Assembly (NCBI GenBank): GCA_050008795.1
Contig: JBEKLX010000001.1
Coordinates: 3,455 to 67,454 of the forward strand
DNA: 64,000 nucleotides
Direction of reading: 5' to 3'
Origin: Verrucomicrobiia bacterium
GTDB taxonomy: Bacteria > Verrucomicrobiota > Verrucomicrobiia > Palsa-1439
Below, piece by piece: positions 38,472-48,993 of the stretch. Within the stretch, counting starts at the first letter, position 1. Every line of letters begins with the position of its first letter. Made by a program: the position numbers and the translations under genes. The notes under the pieces were generated by a model that was given only the letters and a program-made list of their open reading frames with translations, searched no databases and was not told the DNA's origin.

Positions 38472-38735
38472 GTGGCGGTAAAAATCAGATTACGGCGGGT
38501 CGGAACGAAAAATGTTCCGTGTTATCGAATTGTGGTGGCCGATGGGCGCAGCCCCCGCGATGGGCGGTTCATCGAGAACATCGGCACGTACGATCCGAAG
38601 AACCAGAAGCGGGAATATACAATCAACATCGAGCGGGCGAAGCACTGGATTCAAAAAGGCGCCCAGCCAAGCGAGACCGTGCGCAGCTTGTTGAAGCGGG
38701 CCGTGAAGGCCGCGGCCCAAGCCCCGGTGTCGTGA
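38472..38735 (+). CDS. rpsP: 30S ribosomal protein S16
   Basis: [42 protein letters not shown]... Probable GTG start at 38472 after a GGAGAGGAG RBS; the ORF-track N-terminal extension is unlikely. Confidence 0.85.
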   Translation: MAVKIRLRRVGTKNVPCYRIVVADGRSPRDGRFIENIGTYDPKNQKREYTINIERAKHWIQKGAQPSETVRSLLKRAVKAAAQAPVS

Positions 38736-38801
38736 CGACGCGTTTGAGCCGGGTAAACAGGGCGATCAGGAAGCCCCAAGTGTGAACGGAGTGGGTGCAA
38801 T

Positions 38802-39137
38802 ATGAAAGCGTTCGTCGAGTTTGTGGTTAAGGCATTGGTTGATTATCCCGAACAGGTCGAGATCCGGGAAGTGGATGGCGATCAGGTGGTGGTGTTCGAG
38901 TTGCGGCTCAACCAGACCGATATCGGCAAGGTCATCGGCAAGAGCGGTCGCACGATCACGGCGATACGCACGCTGCTGACTGGCGCTGCCGCCAAACAGG
39001 GCAAACGCGCCATGATCGAGATTATCGAACCTGACGGTCCCCGCAGTCGTGGAAGCGGGCCCTGCAGTGAGCAACTACTGCAGGGCGGGCCGTCAACACC
39101 TGCTGCGGGTGAATCACCCGCGGAACCGGGGCAATAA
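38802..39137 (+). CDS. KH-domain RNA-binding protein (UPF0109/YlqC-like) with a low-complexity C-terminal tail
   Basis: KH motif [16 protein letters not shown]. Occupies the rpsP-trmD slot where rimM usually sits. Confidence 0.7.
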   Translation: MKAFVEFVVKALVDYPEQVEIREVDGDQVVVFELRLNQTDIGKVIGKSGRTITAIRTLLTGAAAKQGKRAMIEIIEPDGPRSRGSGPCSEQLLQGGPSTPAAGESPAEPGQ

Positions 39138-39157
39138 CCGCAGGACGCACAAGCGGG

Positions 39158-39838
39158 ATGGAGATCGATATCCTGACGTTGTTCCCGCGGATCTTTGAAG
39201 GGCCGCTGGACGAAAGCATCCTGAAACGGGCGCGCGAGCGTGGACTGGTTCAGGTGCGGATCCACAACTTGCGTGATTACACGCATGACAAGCATCACGT
39301 GGTGGATGACAAGCCGTACGGTGGCGGCCCGGGCATGTTGATGAAGCCCGAACCGATCTTTGAAGCCGTGGAGGCGTTGCGGCGCGCCGACACGCACATC
39401 GTGTTGATGACGCCGCAGGGCAAGCCGTTGACGCAACAACGGGCGCAGACGTTCGTGCAGAAACCGCATTTGCTCATACTCTGCGGACACTACGAGGGCG
39501 TTGATGAGCGGGTGCGTGAAGCGCTCGTCGATGAAGAAGTCAGCATCGGCGATTACGTGTTGACCAATGGCGCGCTGGCCGCAGCCGTGCTGGTGGACGC
39601 CGTGGTACGGCTTGTGCCGGGCGTACTCGGCGATGACGAGAGCGCCCAGCAGGATTCATTTGCCGGCGGATTGCTGGAGGGACCGCAGTACACGCGGCCA
39701 CCGGAGTTCCGCGGGATGCGAGTGCCCGAAGTGTTGTTGTCGGGCGACCACGGCGCGATTGCCGCGTGGCGCGCCGAACAGGCGCGTAAACGAACGCGGG
39801 AGCAGCGACCGGATTTATTAAAGGAAAAAGAGAACTAG
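39158..39838 (+). CDS. trmD: tRNA (guanine37-N1)-methyltransferase
   Basis: 226 aa with TrmD family similarity ([25 protein letters not shown]..., [14 protein letters not shown]). Confidence 0.95.
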   Translation: MEIDILTLFPRIFEGPLDESILKRARERGLVQVRIHNLRDYTHDKHHVVDDKPYGGGPGMLMKPEPIFEAVEALRRADTHIVLMTPQGKPLTQQRAQTFVQKPHLLILCGHYEGVDERVREALVDEEVSIGDYVLTNGALAAAVLVDAVVRLVPGVLGDDESAQQDSFAGGLLEGPQYTRPPEFRGMRVPEVLLSGDHGAIAAWRAEQARKRTREQRPDLLKEKEN

Positions 39839-39874
39839 AATGCGCCCATGATGGGGCGGCAAGGGATGTGAGTC

Positions 39875-40216
39875 ATGAATGTGATTGAGAAAATTCAGCA
39901 GCAGCAATTGCGCAAGGATATGCCGCCGTTCAAGGTGGGTGATGTGGTCCGCGTGTTTTCGCGGATCAAGGAGGCCGACCGCGAGCGCATCCAGCTGTTT
40001 TCAGGCATTGTAATCAATAAACAGGGACGGGGTATTCGAGAAACGTTCACAGTTCGCAAGGTCGTTGGCGGCTATGGCGTCGAGCGCATTTATCCGTTGC
40101 ATTCGCCTTTCATCCAGAAGGTCGAAGTCGAACGCGCCGGCAGGGTTCGTCGCGCCAAGCTCTACTACCTGCGCGACCGCGTCGGCAAGATCGCCACGAA
40201 AATCGAAGAAGCCTGA
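39875..40216 (+). CDS. rplS: 50S ribosomal protein L19
   Basis: 113 aa with L19 family similarity (FKVGDVVRV...[26 protein letters not shown]). Confidence 0.95.
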   Translation: MNVIEKIQQQQLRKDMPPFKVGDVVRVFSRIKEADRERIQLFSGIVINKQGRGIRETFTVRKVVGGYGVERIYPLHSPFIQKVEVERAGRVRRAKLYYLRDRVGKIATKIEEA

Positions 40217-40294
40217 CGAAATTCAGGCACGCCGTGGGAACCCCGACAATAGTGTCGGGGCAGATGTTGGGTCGAGACGGGGGGATATCGAGCC

Positions 40295-40918
40295 ATGCTT
40301 CGCTATGAGCGAAGGGCGTACCAGAACGGGGCGAAACTCGTTGCCGGCATCGACGAGGCCGGGCGCGGCCCGTTGGCGGGACCGGTTATGGCCGCGGCGG
40401 TCGTTCTGCCGCGAGAATTCCATCACAACACGCTGACCGATTCGAAGCTGCTCACCGCGCGCCAGCGCGACTGCCTATTCGCCGAACTCACCGCAAATCC
40501 CGATGTCTTCTGGGCTGTTGGCGTCTCTTCCGTCGAGGTCATCGACCGCGACAATATCCTGCGCGCCACCGAACAGGCGATGCTGGCGGCATTCAACGCG
40601 TTGCCGTGCAGACCCGACCACGCGCTGATTGATGGATGGCCCGTGCGCGGGTTCCCGGTTGCGCAGACGGCGATAGTCGGCGGCGATGGGAAGAGTTTTT
40701 CCATCGCCGCGGCCAGTGTGATTGCCAAGGTCACACGCGACCGCCTGATGACCCAGTTGCACGAGCAATTCCCACAGTACAATTTCGCGCGGCACAAAGG
40801 ATACGGCACGCCCGAACACCTGGCCGCGTTGGAACAACACGGGCCGTCGCCCGTACACCGCCAAAGTTTCGCACCGGTGCGTCATGCCCTGGAACTGGTT
40901 CAGAAATCGAGCGAGTAA
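40295..40918 (+). CDS. rnhB: Ribonuclease HII
   Basis: 207-aa ORF with the RNase HII catalytic DE motif (GIDEAGRGPLAGPV...). Standard rplS-rnhB neighbourhood. Confidence 0.9.
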   Translation: MLRYERRAYQNGAKLVAGIDEAGRGPLAGPVMAAAVVLPREFHHNTLTDSKLLTARQRDCLFAELTANPDVFWAVGVSSVEVIDRDNILRATEQAMLAAFNALPCRPDHALIDGWPVRGFPVAQTAIVGGDGKSFSIAAASVIAKVTRDRLMTQLHEQFPQYNFARHKGYGTPEHLAALEQHGPSPVHRQSFAPVRHALELVQKSSE

Positions 40919-41306
40919 TCCCACGGCGCGGCTTGAACTGGGCGAGCGCGGTGAGGATGCTGCGGCGAAGTTTTTGCGCCAAAACGGTTACAAGATTCTC
41001 GTGCGCCGATTCAAGAGCCAGGCGGGAGAGATCGACATCATCGCCCGCCAGAAGGATTGGCTGGTCTTCGTAGAGGTCAAGACCCGCCAGTCGGAACAAT
41101 ACGGCGCGCCAGGCGAAGCTGTGGATAAGACAAAGCAGCGCCACATGATCCGCGTTGCCCTAGATTATCTGCGCCTGCTCAATAACCCGAAAATCAAGTT
41201 CCGATTCGACGTCGTCGAGGTGCTCCTTCGCGAGGATGCGCCGAAACCAGATGACATCCGCGTCATCCCAAATGCGTTCGACCTGAACAAGCCGTTTATC
41301 TATTAA
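40884..41306 (+). CDS. yraN: UPF0102 protein YraN (PD-(D/E)xK-like fold)
   Basis: GEIDIIARQKDWLVFVEVKTRQS is the family core. The true start is probably downstream of the ORF-track ATG (which overlaps rnhB), so the start is uncertain. Confidence 0.6.
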   Translation: MPWNWFRNRASNPTARLELGERGEDAAAKFLRQNGYKILVRRFKSQAGEIDIIARQKDWLVFVEVKTRQSEQYGAPGEAVDKTKQRHMIRVALDYLRLLNNPKIKFRFDVVEVLLREDAPKPDDIRVIPNAFDLNKPFIY

Positions 41307-42112
41307 GCGGTCCTGCAGGCTGCTTCGGCCAGCCGTTTTACGGCCAGTTCGCAATAACCACGGTGGATTTCGACGCCGATCCCCTTTCGCTTCAACCGAC
41401 GACATCCGAGCAACGTGGTGCCGCTGCCCATGAACGGATCGAGCACTGTATCGCCCACGAAACTGAACATTTTGATGCATCGTTTTGGAAGTTCGATCGG
41501 ATAAGGCGCTGGATGACCCACCCGCTTCTTCTTTTCGCCGCCAAATGTCCAAACACCGTTCGTCCACGCCATGAATTCGTCGCGTGTGATGTCCGACACC
41601 CTTGTGCCCGAGTTTTTCTTCCACGAATTCCTGTAAAGCACGACAATGATTTCCACTGGCGCGATCACGAATGGAGCCGATGCGGAACACCACGAGCCCC
41701 AGGCAGTACGACGCGAGATGTTCTGCTCGTTCCAGATGATCGTCGAGTGGTACTTCCAACCGACGCTCTTGGCGATGGTTGTTATGTCGGCGCAAATGCT
41801 CTGTTGTCCACCTTTGTTTTTGTCGAGCGGTATGTTCAGACAAAAACGTCCATCGTCTTTCACAAGCCGAAGGCATTTAGTCAACCAGGCGCGCGTGAAA
41901 TCCAGGTACTCACCGTAATTAAGCCGGTCGTTGTGTGTCGCGTAGGCGATGTCCACGTTATACGGCGGGGAGGTGATAATCAGATCAATGGAGCCGTCGG
42001 AGATCGCAGTCGTCGTAAGGATATCCTCATTGAGTATGGTGATTTTATCCTGTTCAAAGAATGGCGCGCGCCCCGTCCCGACTCGCTTTGTGATGCCGAC
42101 CTTGTTCTTCAT
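41303..42112 (-). CDS. Orphan DNA methyltransferase, beta-class (N4-C/N6-A; PF01555-like)
   Basis: SPPY catalytic motif (LIITSPPYNV) upstream of the SAM-binding motif (LDPFMGSGTT); this circular permutation is typical of the beta class. Start taken at the ATG at 42112 (MKNKVGITK...). GC is ~53% versus ~60% for flanking sequence. No adjacent restriction endonuclease. Convergent with yraN, with a 4-bp overlap. Confidence 0.75.
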   Translation of the reverse strand: MKNKVGITKRVGTGRAPFFEQDKITILNEDILTTTAISDGSIDLIITSPPYNVDIAYATHNDRLNYGEYLDFTRAWLTKCLRLVKDDGRFCLNIPLDKNKGGQQSICADITTIAKSVGWKYHSTIIWNEQNISRRTAWGSWCSASAPFVIAPVEIIVVLYRNSWKKNSGTRVSDITRDEFMAWTNGVWTFGGEKKKRVGHPAPYPIELPKRCIKMFSFVGDTVLDPFMGSGTTLLGCRRLKRKGIGVEIHRGYCELAVKRLAEAACRTA

Positions 42113-42236
42113 TGCCCCGCTGCTTATAGACCAGACAGACCATGATTCCAAGTTTCCGTTCCTGAGATTGTGATTGTGGGCTGGGGTGATACATTGACTC
42201 ACCACAGTTTTCGGGTATCATGCGCGCCGGACATTT

Positions 42237-43814
42237 ATGAAAACGACACACTTTTCTCGCTATTGCGCCGGGCTCATCGCGGTGACTGTTTTCGGCCTAT
42301 GCACCGCGCAATCAACCCGCGCTGATGGACCAACAAACGAGGTGGCCGTTGCGCCATCCAACATGGTGGCGGACGTGATGGCGGAAGGGCAGACCAATGT
42401 GTTGAAAGCCATCACGATCCGCGATTGCATCATGCGTGCGCTTCAGAACAACTTCGACATCAAGATACAGCGGATCAATCCGTCGATACAATCGTGGGGC
42501 GTAGTTTTTGCACAGGGGGTGTTCGACCCCACCCTGTCGGGGTCTAGCACTTTCCAAGACAACACGCAGCCGCTCGGTCCCGATGACGCCAAGGCCTTGG
42601 GGGTGCCTTCGGTCAAACAACGGACGTGGACGTCCCAACTGGGCCTGGCCGGAAAATTGCCCACCGGCGCGCAGTACGGGTTTAACGCCACCGATACGCG
42701 AACTTCGGGCACGCTGGCAACCAATTTCGTTTTCACGGGCTCGGTGTCCGCCTCGCTCACACAGCCTCTCCTCAAGAACTTCGGGCTGGGCGCGAACACG
42801 GCCTTTATCCGCATGGCGCGCAAGCAACGCGACATCAATGTACAGAATTTTATAAACCAGATGATTACCAGCATCAGTTCCGTGTATAACGCCTACTACG
42901 AGCTGATTTTCGCCATTGAAGACCACAAGGCCAAGAGCGAAGACCTTCAACTTGCAAAGCAGTTGCTCGATGAAAACCGCAAAAAGCTACAAATCGGCAC
43001 GATGTCGCCACTGGACGTGGTTCAGGCGGAATCCGGCGTGGCCTCACGCGAACAGGCAATCATTCTCGCTGCGCGCACGATCAAGGACAACGAAAACGCG
43101 CTCAAACTTCTGATTTCGCAAAACGTGGCAGAGTTTCAGGGTGAATCGTTCCTGCCTGTTGATTATCCCGTGGCTGAAATGGTCGAAACGGACGTCGCCA
43201 GCAGTACTCGCACCGCGTTGGAATCGCGTCCCGACTATGTCGCCGCCAGACACGCCCTTGATAAGCAAAATATCCAGGTCAAATACAATAGCAACCAGCT
43301 TTGGCCTGAAATCGATCTGAATGCCAGTTACGGTTGGAACGGGCGCGGCAGCAATTTTCAGGATTGGTCCGATAATGTGAACTCGCGCGATAACCCGGTC
43401 TGGGCTGCGGGCGTGACCGTCACATTTCCGATCGGCAACCGCCAGGCACGGGCCAGTTATCAGTCGGCACGTTTACAGTCTGAGCAGCTCCTGCTCCAAC
43501 TCAAACAACTAGAACAACAGATCGTTGTCGCGGTGGACAACGCCGTCGGACACGTCCGGACCAATCTGAAAAGCGTGGAAGCGGCGGTCGCCGCCAGCCA
43601 TCTGGCCAATGAGTCGCTGAAAGCCGAGAAAGCGAAACTCCTCGCTGGTACATCCACGACCTTTCTGGTCCTGCAGGCCCAATCCCAACTGGCTGCGGCA
43701 CGCTCGGCGGAAATTCGCGCGCGCGCCGATTACGCCGAATCACTGGTGACATTGACCCAACAAGAAGGTACGACGCTGCAAAAGAACAACATTGTGCTAG
43801 ACGAGCGTTTCTGA
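42237..43814 (+). CDS. TolC-family outer-membrane efflux protein
   Basis: 525 aa with a signal peptide and two TolC-like repeat halves with coiled-coil segments. Confidence 0.8.
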   Translation: MKTTHFSRYCAGLIAVTVFGLCTAQSTRADGPTNEVAVAPSNMVADVMAEGQTNVLKAITIRDCIMRALQNNFDIKIQRINPSIQSWGVVFAQGVFDPTLSGSSTFQDNTQPLGPDDAKALGVPSVKQRTWTSQLGLAGKLPTGAQYGFNATDTRTSGTLATNFVFTGSVSASLTQPLLKNFGLGANTAFIRMARKQRDINVQNFINQMITSISSVYNAYYELIFAIEDHKAKSEDLQLAKQLLDENRKKLQIGTMSPLDVVQAESGVASREQAIILAARTIKDNENALKLLISQNVAEFQGESFLPVDYPVAEMVETDVASSTRTALESRPDYVAARHALDKQNIQVKYNSNQLWPEIDLNASYGWNGRGSNFQDWSDNVNSRDNPVWAAGVTVTFPIGNRQARASYQSARLQSEQLLLQLKQLEQQIVVAVDNAVGHVRTNLKSVEAAVAASHLANESLKAEKAKLLAGTSTTFLVLQAQSQLAAARSAEIRARADYAESLVTLTQQEGTTLQKNNIVLDERF

Positions 43815-43818
43815 CCGG

Positions 43819-44577
43819 ATGTACCCAATACTCATTCACACGCGGTGGCTTGACATTTATACCTATGGTGTCCTGGTCACCGCCGGTTTCCTGATTGGCA
43901 TCGCCGTCGCGACTTATCGCGCCCGACGTGAAGGATTGCCGCCCGAAGATATTACCGATCTCGGCGTCTGGCTTGTTGTGGCAGGCATGGTCGGCGGGAA
44001 ACTTTTTCACATCATTTTTTTCTGGAACGACTTTATTGCGGCGTGGCGCGCGGAAGGGCTGCGTTCGCTGCGGGAAGGCTTTGTTTTCTACGGTGGCCTC
44101 GTTGTCGCGGCACTGACGGCTGTCATCTATTTGCGCGCAAAACGGCTTCCCGTGGCGAAGGTACTCGACCTGCTGGCGCCGTGCGTTGCGCTTGGCCATG
44201 CGCTGGGCCGGCTTGGCTGTTTCTTTACCGGCTGTTGCTACGGCAAAGCATGCTCATTGCCGTGGGCAGTCAAGTTCCCGCCACCACACGCTATGGCCGG
44301 CATCCCGGTGCACCCCACAGAACTGTACGAGGTCGTTGGAAACGTCGCGCTGTTTCTGGGTCTAAGCGCGTTCGCCAAGCACAAGCGGTTCGACGGCCAG
44401 GTCTGGTGGTTGTACGTGCTGGGCTACAGCATCCTGCGATTCGTCGTTGAGTTCTTCCGGGGCGACTATGACGTGCACTACCTCGGAATCTTCACGATTG
44501 GCCACGTGATCGCCGCGATCATGATCGTCGTTTCGCTTGTCGCGCTATGCACGGTCCGGAAAACCAAAACCCGTTGA
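43819..44577 (+). CDS. lgt: Prolipoprotein diacylglyceryl transferase
   Basis: 252-aa ORF with the Lgt signature region (HPTELYE, GRLGCFFTGCCYG). Confidence 0.9.
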   Translation: MYPILIHTRWLDIYTYGVLVTAGFLIGIAVATYRARREGLPPEDITDLGVWLVVAGMVGGKLFHIIFFWNDFIAAWRAEGLRSLREGFVFYGGLVVAALTAVIYLRAKRLPVAKVLDLLAPCVALGHALGRLGCFFTGCCYGKACSLPWAVKFPPPHAMAGIPVHPTELYEVVGNVALFLGLSAFAKHKRFDGQVWWLYVLGYSILRFVVEFFRGDYDVHYLGIFTIGHVIAAIMIVVSLVALCTVRKTKTR

Positions 44578-44638
44578 AGTGTTTCCACTTCAACGGGCCG
44601 GTTGATTTCAAACTGGTCGCCTGGTTTCCGGTGATGGC

Positions 44639-46027
44639 TTACAGATCGGTGATCGGCTTGTGCCGGGGCACCAGTGCTTTCATAACGCCCCAAGCCGTCA
44701 AATAGCTCAGGGCGCAGATGGTGAACATGATAAGGTAGGCGGTCTGCGGGTGGCTCTTAAAGGCATCTGTAAGCCGGCCTGCCAGCATCTGAATGATCAC
44801 GCCGCCAATGCCACCGGCCGTGGTCCCGATGCCGGTGACTGACCCGACGGCCTTCTTCGGAAACATGTCGGAAACCGTCGTAAAAAGATTCGCCGACCAC
44901 GCCTGATGCGCGGCTGCGCCGATGCAGATCGTTGCGACGGCCAGCACGGCGGCCATTTCCCCAAAACGATGGACATTGCCAAAGTATTGCGTGGCCAGTA
45001 CCGCCAGCGGGGCCACGGCAATGAGGAACATCGCCGTCATGCGCGCCTTGTAAACCTGCATGCCTCCCTTGATGAGAGTCATGGGAATGCTGCCGCCGTA
45101 AACGCTGCCGACGATGGCGACGCCATAGACGATGAACGTCGGCATTATGATTTGCGCCTTGGTCATGCCGAATTGTTTGGTCAAATAATCCGGCAGCCAG
45201 AACAAATAGAACCACCAGATGCCATCGGTCATAAACTTGGCAAAAAAGAACGCCCAAGCCTGGCGGTAGCTGAAGAGCTTACACCAGGAAACCTTCCCCC
45301 GGTCTCCGTTGGCGCCGCTGGCCACGGCTTCATCATCAATGCGAATGTAGTCGTGTTCAACCTTTGAAAGCCGCCTTTGTTTGTCGGGCGTGTCATAGAG
45401 CCAAAACCAGAAAATCAACCAGAGAAAACCGGCGGCGCCCGTGATAATAAACGCCAGCTTCCATCCGAGCTGGTCGCCGAAGTAGATCATGCACCACGGA
45501 ACTAACAGCGCGGCAACCATCGCGCCGAAGTTTGAACCGCTGTTGAAGATGCCGGTAGCCAGGGCGCGTTCGCGCTTGGGAAACCACTCGGCGACCGTTT
45601 TGATGGACGCGGGGAAGTTGCCCGCTTCTCCCACCGCAAACCCGCTTCGAATGGCCACATGCATCACCAGCAACCGTCCGACAAAGGCATTGGCAACCCC
45701 GCACAGCGACCAGACGATGAGAGACAGGGCCAGACCCAGCTTGGTCCCGATTTTGTCAATGACCCAGCCAACAACGAGAGTCATGCCGGCGTAAAATCCC
45801 GTAAAGAAGGAGGTCAACACGGCAAAGTCGGTGTTGGTCCAGCCAAACCCGCCTTGTTCCACTGGTGTGCAGAAAAATCCCTTTAGATAGCTGATGACCT
45901 GCCGGTCCAGATAGTTGAAGGTAGTGGCAAAAAACAGCAGGCCGCAAATCACCCAACGATAACGCCCCATAGACTGTTCGCCGGGCGAATTGGGAATATT
46001 CTGCGTATTCGAGAGAGTATTGCTCAC
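44639..46027 (-). CDS. MFS transporter, anion:cation symporter (ACS) family; hexuronate/ExuT-like
   Basis: 462 aa with 12 TM helices and an N-terminal signature (FNYLDRQVISY...GWVIDKIGTK) typical of ExuT/GudP-type transporters. Confidence 0.7.
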   Translation of the reverse strand: MSNTLSNTQNIPNSPGEQSMGRYRWVICGLLFFATTFNYLDRQVISYLKGFFCTPVEQGGFGWTNTDFAVLTSFFTGFYAGMTLVVGWVIDKIGTKLGLALSLIVWSLCGVANAFVGRLLVMHVAIRSGFAVGEAGNFPASIKTVAEWFPKRERALATGIFNSGSNFGAMVAALLVPWCMIYFGDQLGWKLAFIITGAAGFLWLIFWFWLYDTPDKQRRLSKVEHDYIRIDDEAVASGANGDRGKVSWCKLFSYRQAWAFFFAKFMTDGIWWFYLFWLPDYLTKQFGMTKAQIIMPTFIVYGVAIVGSVYGGSIPMTLIKGGMQVYKARMTAMFLIAVAPLAVLATQYFGNVHRFGEMAAVLAVATICIGAAAHQAWSANLFTTVSDMFPKKAVGSVTGIGTTAGGIGGVIIQMLAGRLTDAFKSHPQTAYLIMFTICALSYLTAWGVMKALVPRHKPITDL

Positions 46028-46217
46028 AATGTTATCCTCCGATAGAGAATTCGGTTTACGATACTTCCAATCTCGCCACCCCGTCGTGAAACTCGCACAG
46101 CCGAACCGAGGAACGGAGAATAATCACATGCGCGGCACGCGGTCAAGGTTGGATTCCCTACGCCGACACAATCACTCCGCTCTCGCACAACGGCGCTCGG
46201 TTGCATAAAATCGGGGC

Positions 46218-47126
46218 ATGACAGTGCATGTCGCAACCGAAGATTTCCGTGGTAAACGGCTCGACCGATTTCTTCAGGCGGAATTACCGGGACATTCGCG
46301 CGTGTCTCTGCAAAAGCTGATCGAACAAGGCGACGTGCTCGTCAACGGCAAACCCGGTAAACCGAGCTACAAAGTGCATACCGGCGACAAGATCTCTGTT
46401 GAAATTCCGCCGCCGCGACCGCTCGAAGCCCGGCCTGAGGAAATACCACTCGATGTGCTGTATGAGGACAACGATCTCATTGTAGTCAATAAACCGGCCG
46501 GCATGGTCGTGCATCCCGCTGCGGGCAATACCGAGCACACGCTGGTCAACGCGCTCCTGCACCATTGCCGCGGCAAACTTGCCGGCATCGGCGGTGTCCA
46601 ACGACCCGGCATCGTTCATAGACTCGACAAAGGCACCACTGGCTGCCTCGTCGTTGCCAAAACCGACACGGCGCACCAATCTCTCGTAGCGCAATTCAAG
46701 GCGCGCGGCATAAAAAAGATTTACCGGGCCGTCTGCTGGGGAAATTTTACTAAGAACAGCGGTGCAATCGAGACGACCATTGGCCGTAGCGCGCATGACC
46801 GCAAAAAGATGTCGACCAATCCCGCAACAGCGGGACGCGGACGCACCGCACTGACCGATTATCGCGTCCTGAAACAGCTTGGCGAACTTGCGCTCGTCGA
46901 ACTTACGCTGCACACGGGCCGGACACACCAGATTCGCGTCCACATGGCGCACATCGGCCATCCTATCGTCGGCGATGCTGTTTATGGCCGTGCAGGATCT
47001 CCCTTTTCAGTTGCTCGCCCGTTGTTGCATGCTTATAGACTTGGTTTCACGCATCCGCGCACGGGAAAGTTCGTGGAATTCGAGGCACCGATTCCCAAGG
47101 ACATGTCAAAGATATGCCAAAGCTGA
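46218..47126 (+). CDS. rluD: 23S rRNA pseudouridine synthase, RluA/RluD family
   Basis: S4 domain plus the catalytic motif [16 protein letters not shown]. Confidence 0.85.
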   Translation: MTVHVATEDFRGKRLDRFLQAELPGHSRVSLQKLIEQGDVLVNGKPGKPSYKVHTGDKISVEIPPPRPLEARPEEIPLDVLYEDNDLIVVNKPAGMVVHPAAGNTEHTLVNALLHHCRGKLAGIGGVQRPGIVHRLDKGTTGCLVVAKTDTAHQSLVAQFKARGIKKIYRAVCWGNFTKNSGAIETTIGRSAHDRKKMSTNPATAGRGRTALTDYRVLKQLGELALVELTLHTGRTHQIRVHMAHIGHPIVGDAVYGRAGSPFSVARPLLHAYRLGFTHPRTGKFVEFEAPIPKDMSKICQS

Positions 47127-47839
47127 ACGAAATTGTGGACGAAACCATCGCGGCGCTGGAAGAAATGAAACGCTCCGGCGTCACACACGTCGAGGTATCC
47201 CGCACGACGTTGGAAGAGTTGGGCAAAGTGCCCGTTACCCATCGCGGTCGGGAGACCGCTTCCGCACCAGAAAATACCGAGCTCGCTTCCGTAGAGGCGC
47301 GCGCCAAAGTCTGCGTAAAATGCCGCGAACTCGCGCAGAGCCGACACAACGTCGTGTTTGGCGTCGGCGATCCGCACGCGGAATTGATGTTCATTGGCGA
47401 GGCACCGGGACGCGACGAAGATTTGGAAGGCGAACCGTTCGTGGGCCGTGCTGGCGAACTGCTTACAAAGATCATACAGGCAATGGGCTTAAAACGGCAC
47501 GAGGTGTACATCGCCAACGTCCTGAAATGCCGGCCACCTGAAAACCGCGCACCGTTGCCCGAAGAAGCGGCGAACTGTCTGCCCTACCTGCTCTCGCAGA
47601 TTGAGTTGATCAAGCCGAAGGTCATAGTTGTGCTCGGTGCCACCGCGATGAAAGCGCTGTTGGACATCCAACTCGGCATCACCAAGATACGCGGCAACTG
47701 GTACACATTTCGCGATATACCGATCATGCCGACGTTCCACCCTGCCTATCTGTTGCGCAATCCCCCCGCCAAGAAAGAAGTCTGGCAGGACATGCAGGCC
47801 GTGCTCGCCAAGCTTGGCCGTGAAGCGCCGAAGCGATAA
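47114..47839 (+). CDS. Uracil-DNA glycosylase, family 4
   Basis: Family 4 motifs GEAPGRDED and [12 protein letters not shown], with a 4Fe-4S-type Cys pattern. The last 13 nt overlap repeat P1. Confidence 0.85.
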   Translation: MPKLNEIVDETIAALEEMKRSGVTHVEVSRTTLEELGKVPVTHRGRETASAPENTELASVEARAKVCVKCRELAQSRHNVVFGVGDPHAELMFIGEAPGRDEDLEGEPFVGRAGELLTKIIQAMGLKRHEVYIANVLKCRPPENRAPLPEEAANCLPYLLSQIELIKPKVIVVLGATAMKALLDIQLGITKIRGNWYTFRDIPIMPTFHPAYLLRNPPAKKEVWQDMQAVLAKLGREAPKR

Positions 47840-47869
47840 CGGCATCTATCTCTCGCAGAGTACGCAGAG
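47827..47869. repeat. Repeat family P1 (42 bp), copy 1
   Basis: GCCGAAGCGATAACGGCATCTATCTCTCGCAGAGTACGCAGAG. 41/42 identical to 48994-49035, with a partial copy at 50516-50539. Confidence 0.85.
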
Positions 47870-47897
47870 GCGCAAAGCGGACAGGAACGTATGGGCG

Positions 47898-48332
47898 CTA
47901 CGTTAACGGTGTTTTTGTGGACGAGGGTTGCTTACCAGTTAACTGGTTAACCTCATGTCGGAGCTTCTTCAATTGCAGTTGCGCCATTTCATCCTGAATG
48001 GGCTGCACTTCCTTGTGCCATTTGCCAAATCCGTAGATCATAAGAAATACCGACCCTACGATAATCACTACAAGCGCTATTTCAAAAAACTTCCTGTCAG
48101 AGACTGCGAGTTCCCGTCGCTTCTCTAAAACCAGTTTCTTCGCTGCATCTGCCGGCAAGGGATTGGCGACTTGCTTGATCGATTCGATTTCGACGACCGT
48201 CTGAAGTACGAGTTCGTTGGTTGAGTGGACAATATAGATATATGAACCAGTGCTAAAAACGAACAGAAGCAGTCCAAAAAACGCATAGAACTTGTAGATG
48301 TTGTCGGTCGGGAGTGGGATTCTGCTTTCCAT
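47898..48332 (-). CDS. Hypothetical two-TM membrane protein with a coiled-coil C-terminus
   Basis: 144 aa with low GC (~45%). TM helices at ~17-40 and ~95-115, then a C-terminal coiled coil (QDEMAQLQLKKLRHEVNQL). No recognised family. Confidence 0.5.
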   Translation of the reverse strand: MESRIPLPTDNIYKFYAFFGLLLFVFSTGSYIYIVHSTNELVLQTVVEIESIKQVANPLPADAAKKLVLEKRRELAVSDRKFFEIALVVIIVGSVFLMIYGFGKWHKEVQPIQDEMAQLQLKKLRHEVNQLTGKQPSSTKTPLT

Positions 48333-48489
48333 AACGTTGCAGTATCAAAGCAGAGTCGCGAATGACTATCAAGGATTACGATGTGCCGTTGGCGCGTGGA
48401 CGGCTGGGCGAGCCGTCCCTACCCCACGACCTTCGTGTCCCCCGAAAGGGATTCGGGGTAAACTTCGTGGTGAATCTGCCGCTTCTCCT

Positions 48490-48526
48490 CTTTGAGATTG
48501 ACACGCGGGTGGGCGGCGCGGATTAT
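48490..48526 (+). promoter_or_regulatory. Repeat R2 carrying a sigma70-like promoter (TTGACA-17-GATTAT), copy 1, upstream of the DUF4870 gene
   Basis: CTTTGAGATTGACACGCGGGTGGGCGG recurs at 49177-49207 (23/24 in the core). The -35 TTGACA is exact. Confidence 0.45.
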
Positions 48527-48597
48527 TTCCGGCAGCGTACTCACATTCGCGGTAAACTGGTGACCGACGAAAAACCCCAAAACCCAAGGAGGTTGTT

Positions 48598-48993
48598 ATG
48601 ACAGACGCGACGACGCCCACCCAACCGACCGCCCCTCAACTCTCGCAGCAGGAGATCGATAGCGGCAAAACCATGGCGATACTGAGCTATATCCCCATCG
48701 CTTTTCTTGGCCTGATTGTGGCCATTATCTCACTCTCGCAAAAGAACAACGCATTTTCGCTTTATCACGCGAAACAGGCGCTCACGCTGTATATCTGTTG
48801 GATTGTTGCCGCCCTGTGTTGTGTCCCGCTCTTTTTCATCTGCATCGGGTTTCCGCTGGTGATGGCCGTGAACGTGGCTGGACTGGTGTTGTGCGTTCTA
48901 GGGATTATCAATGCCAACTCGGGCCAATGCAAACCGCTGCCCCTGATCGACAAATTCGTCGACAAGTGGTTTGGGAAGATTCAGAAAGTCTAG
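48598..48993 (+). CDS. DUF4870-family small membrane protein
   Basis: 131 aa with a strong AAGGAGG RBS. Motif ILSYIPIAFLGLIVAII...YHAKQAL with 3-4 TM helices. Confidence 0.65.
   Translation: MTDATTPTQPTAPQLSQQEIDSGKTMAILSYIPIAFLGLIVAIISLSQKNNAFSLYHAKQALTLYICWIVAALCCVPLFFICIGFPLVMAVNVAGLVLCVLGIINANSGQCKPLPLIDKFVDKWFGKIQKV

Noticed and set aside
41160-41876. 238-aa ORF in a second frame overlapping the methyltransferase gene
   Set aside because: It is embedded in a gene with clear SPPY and FxGSG motifs in the other frame, and has no features of its own.
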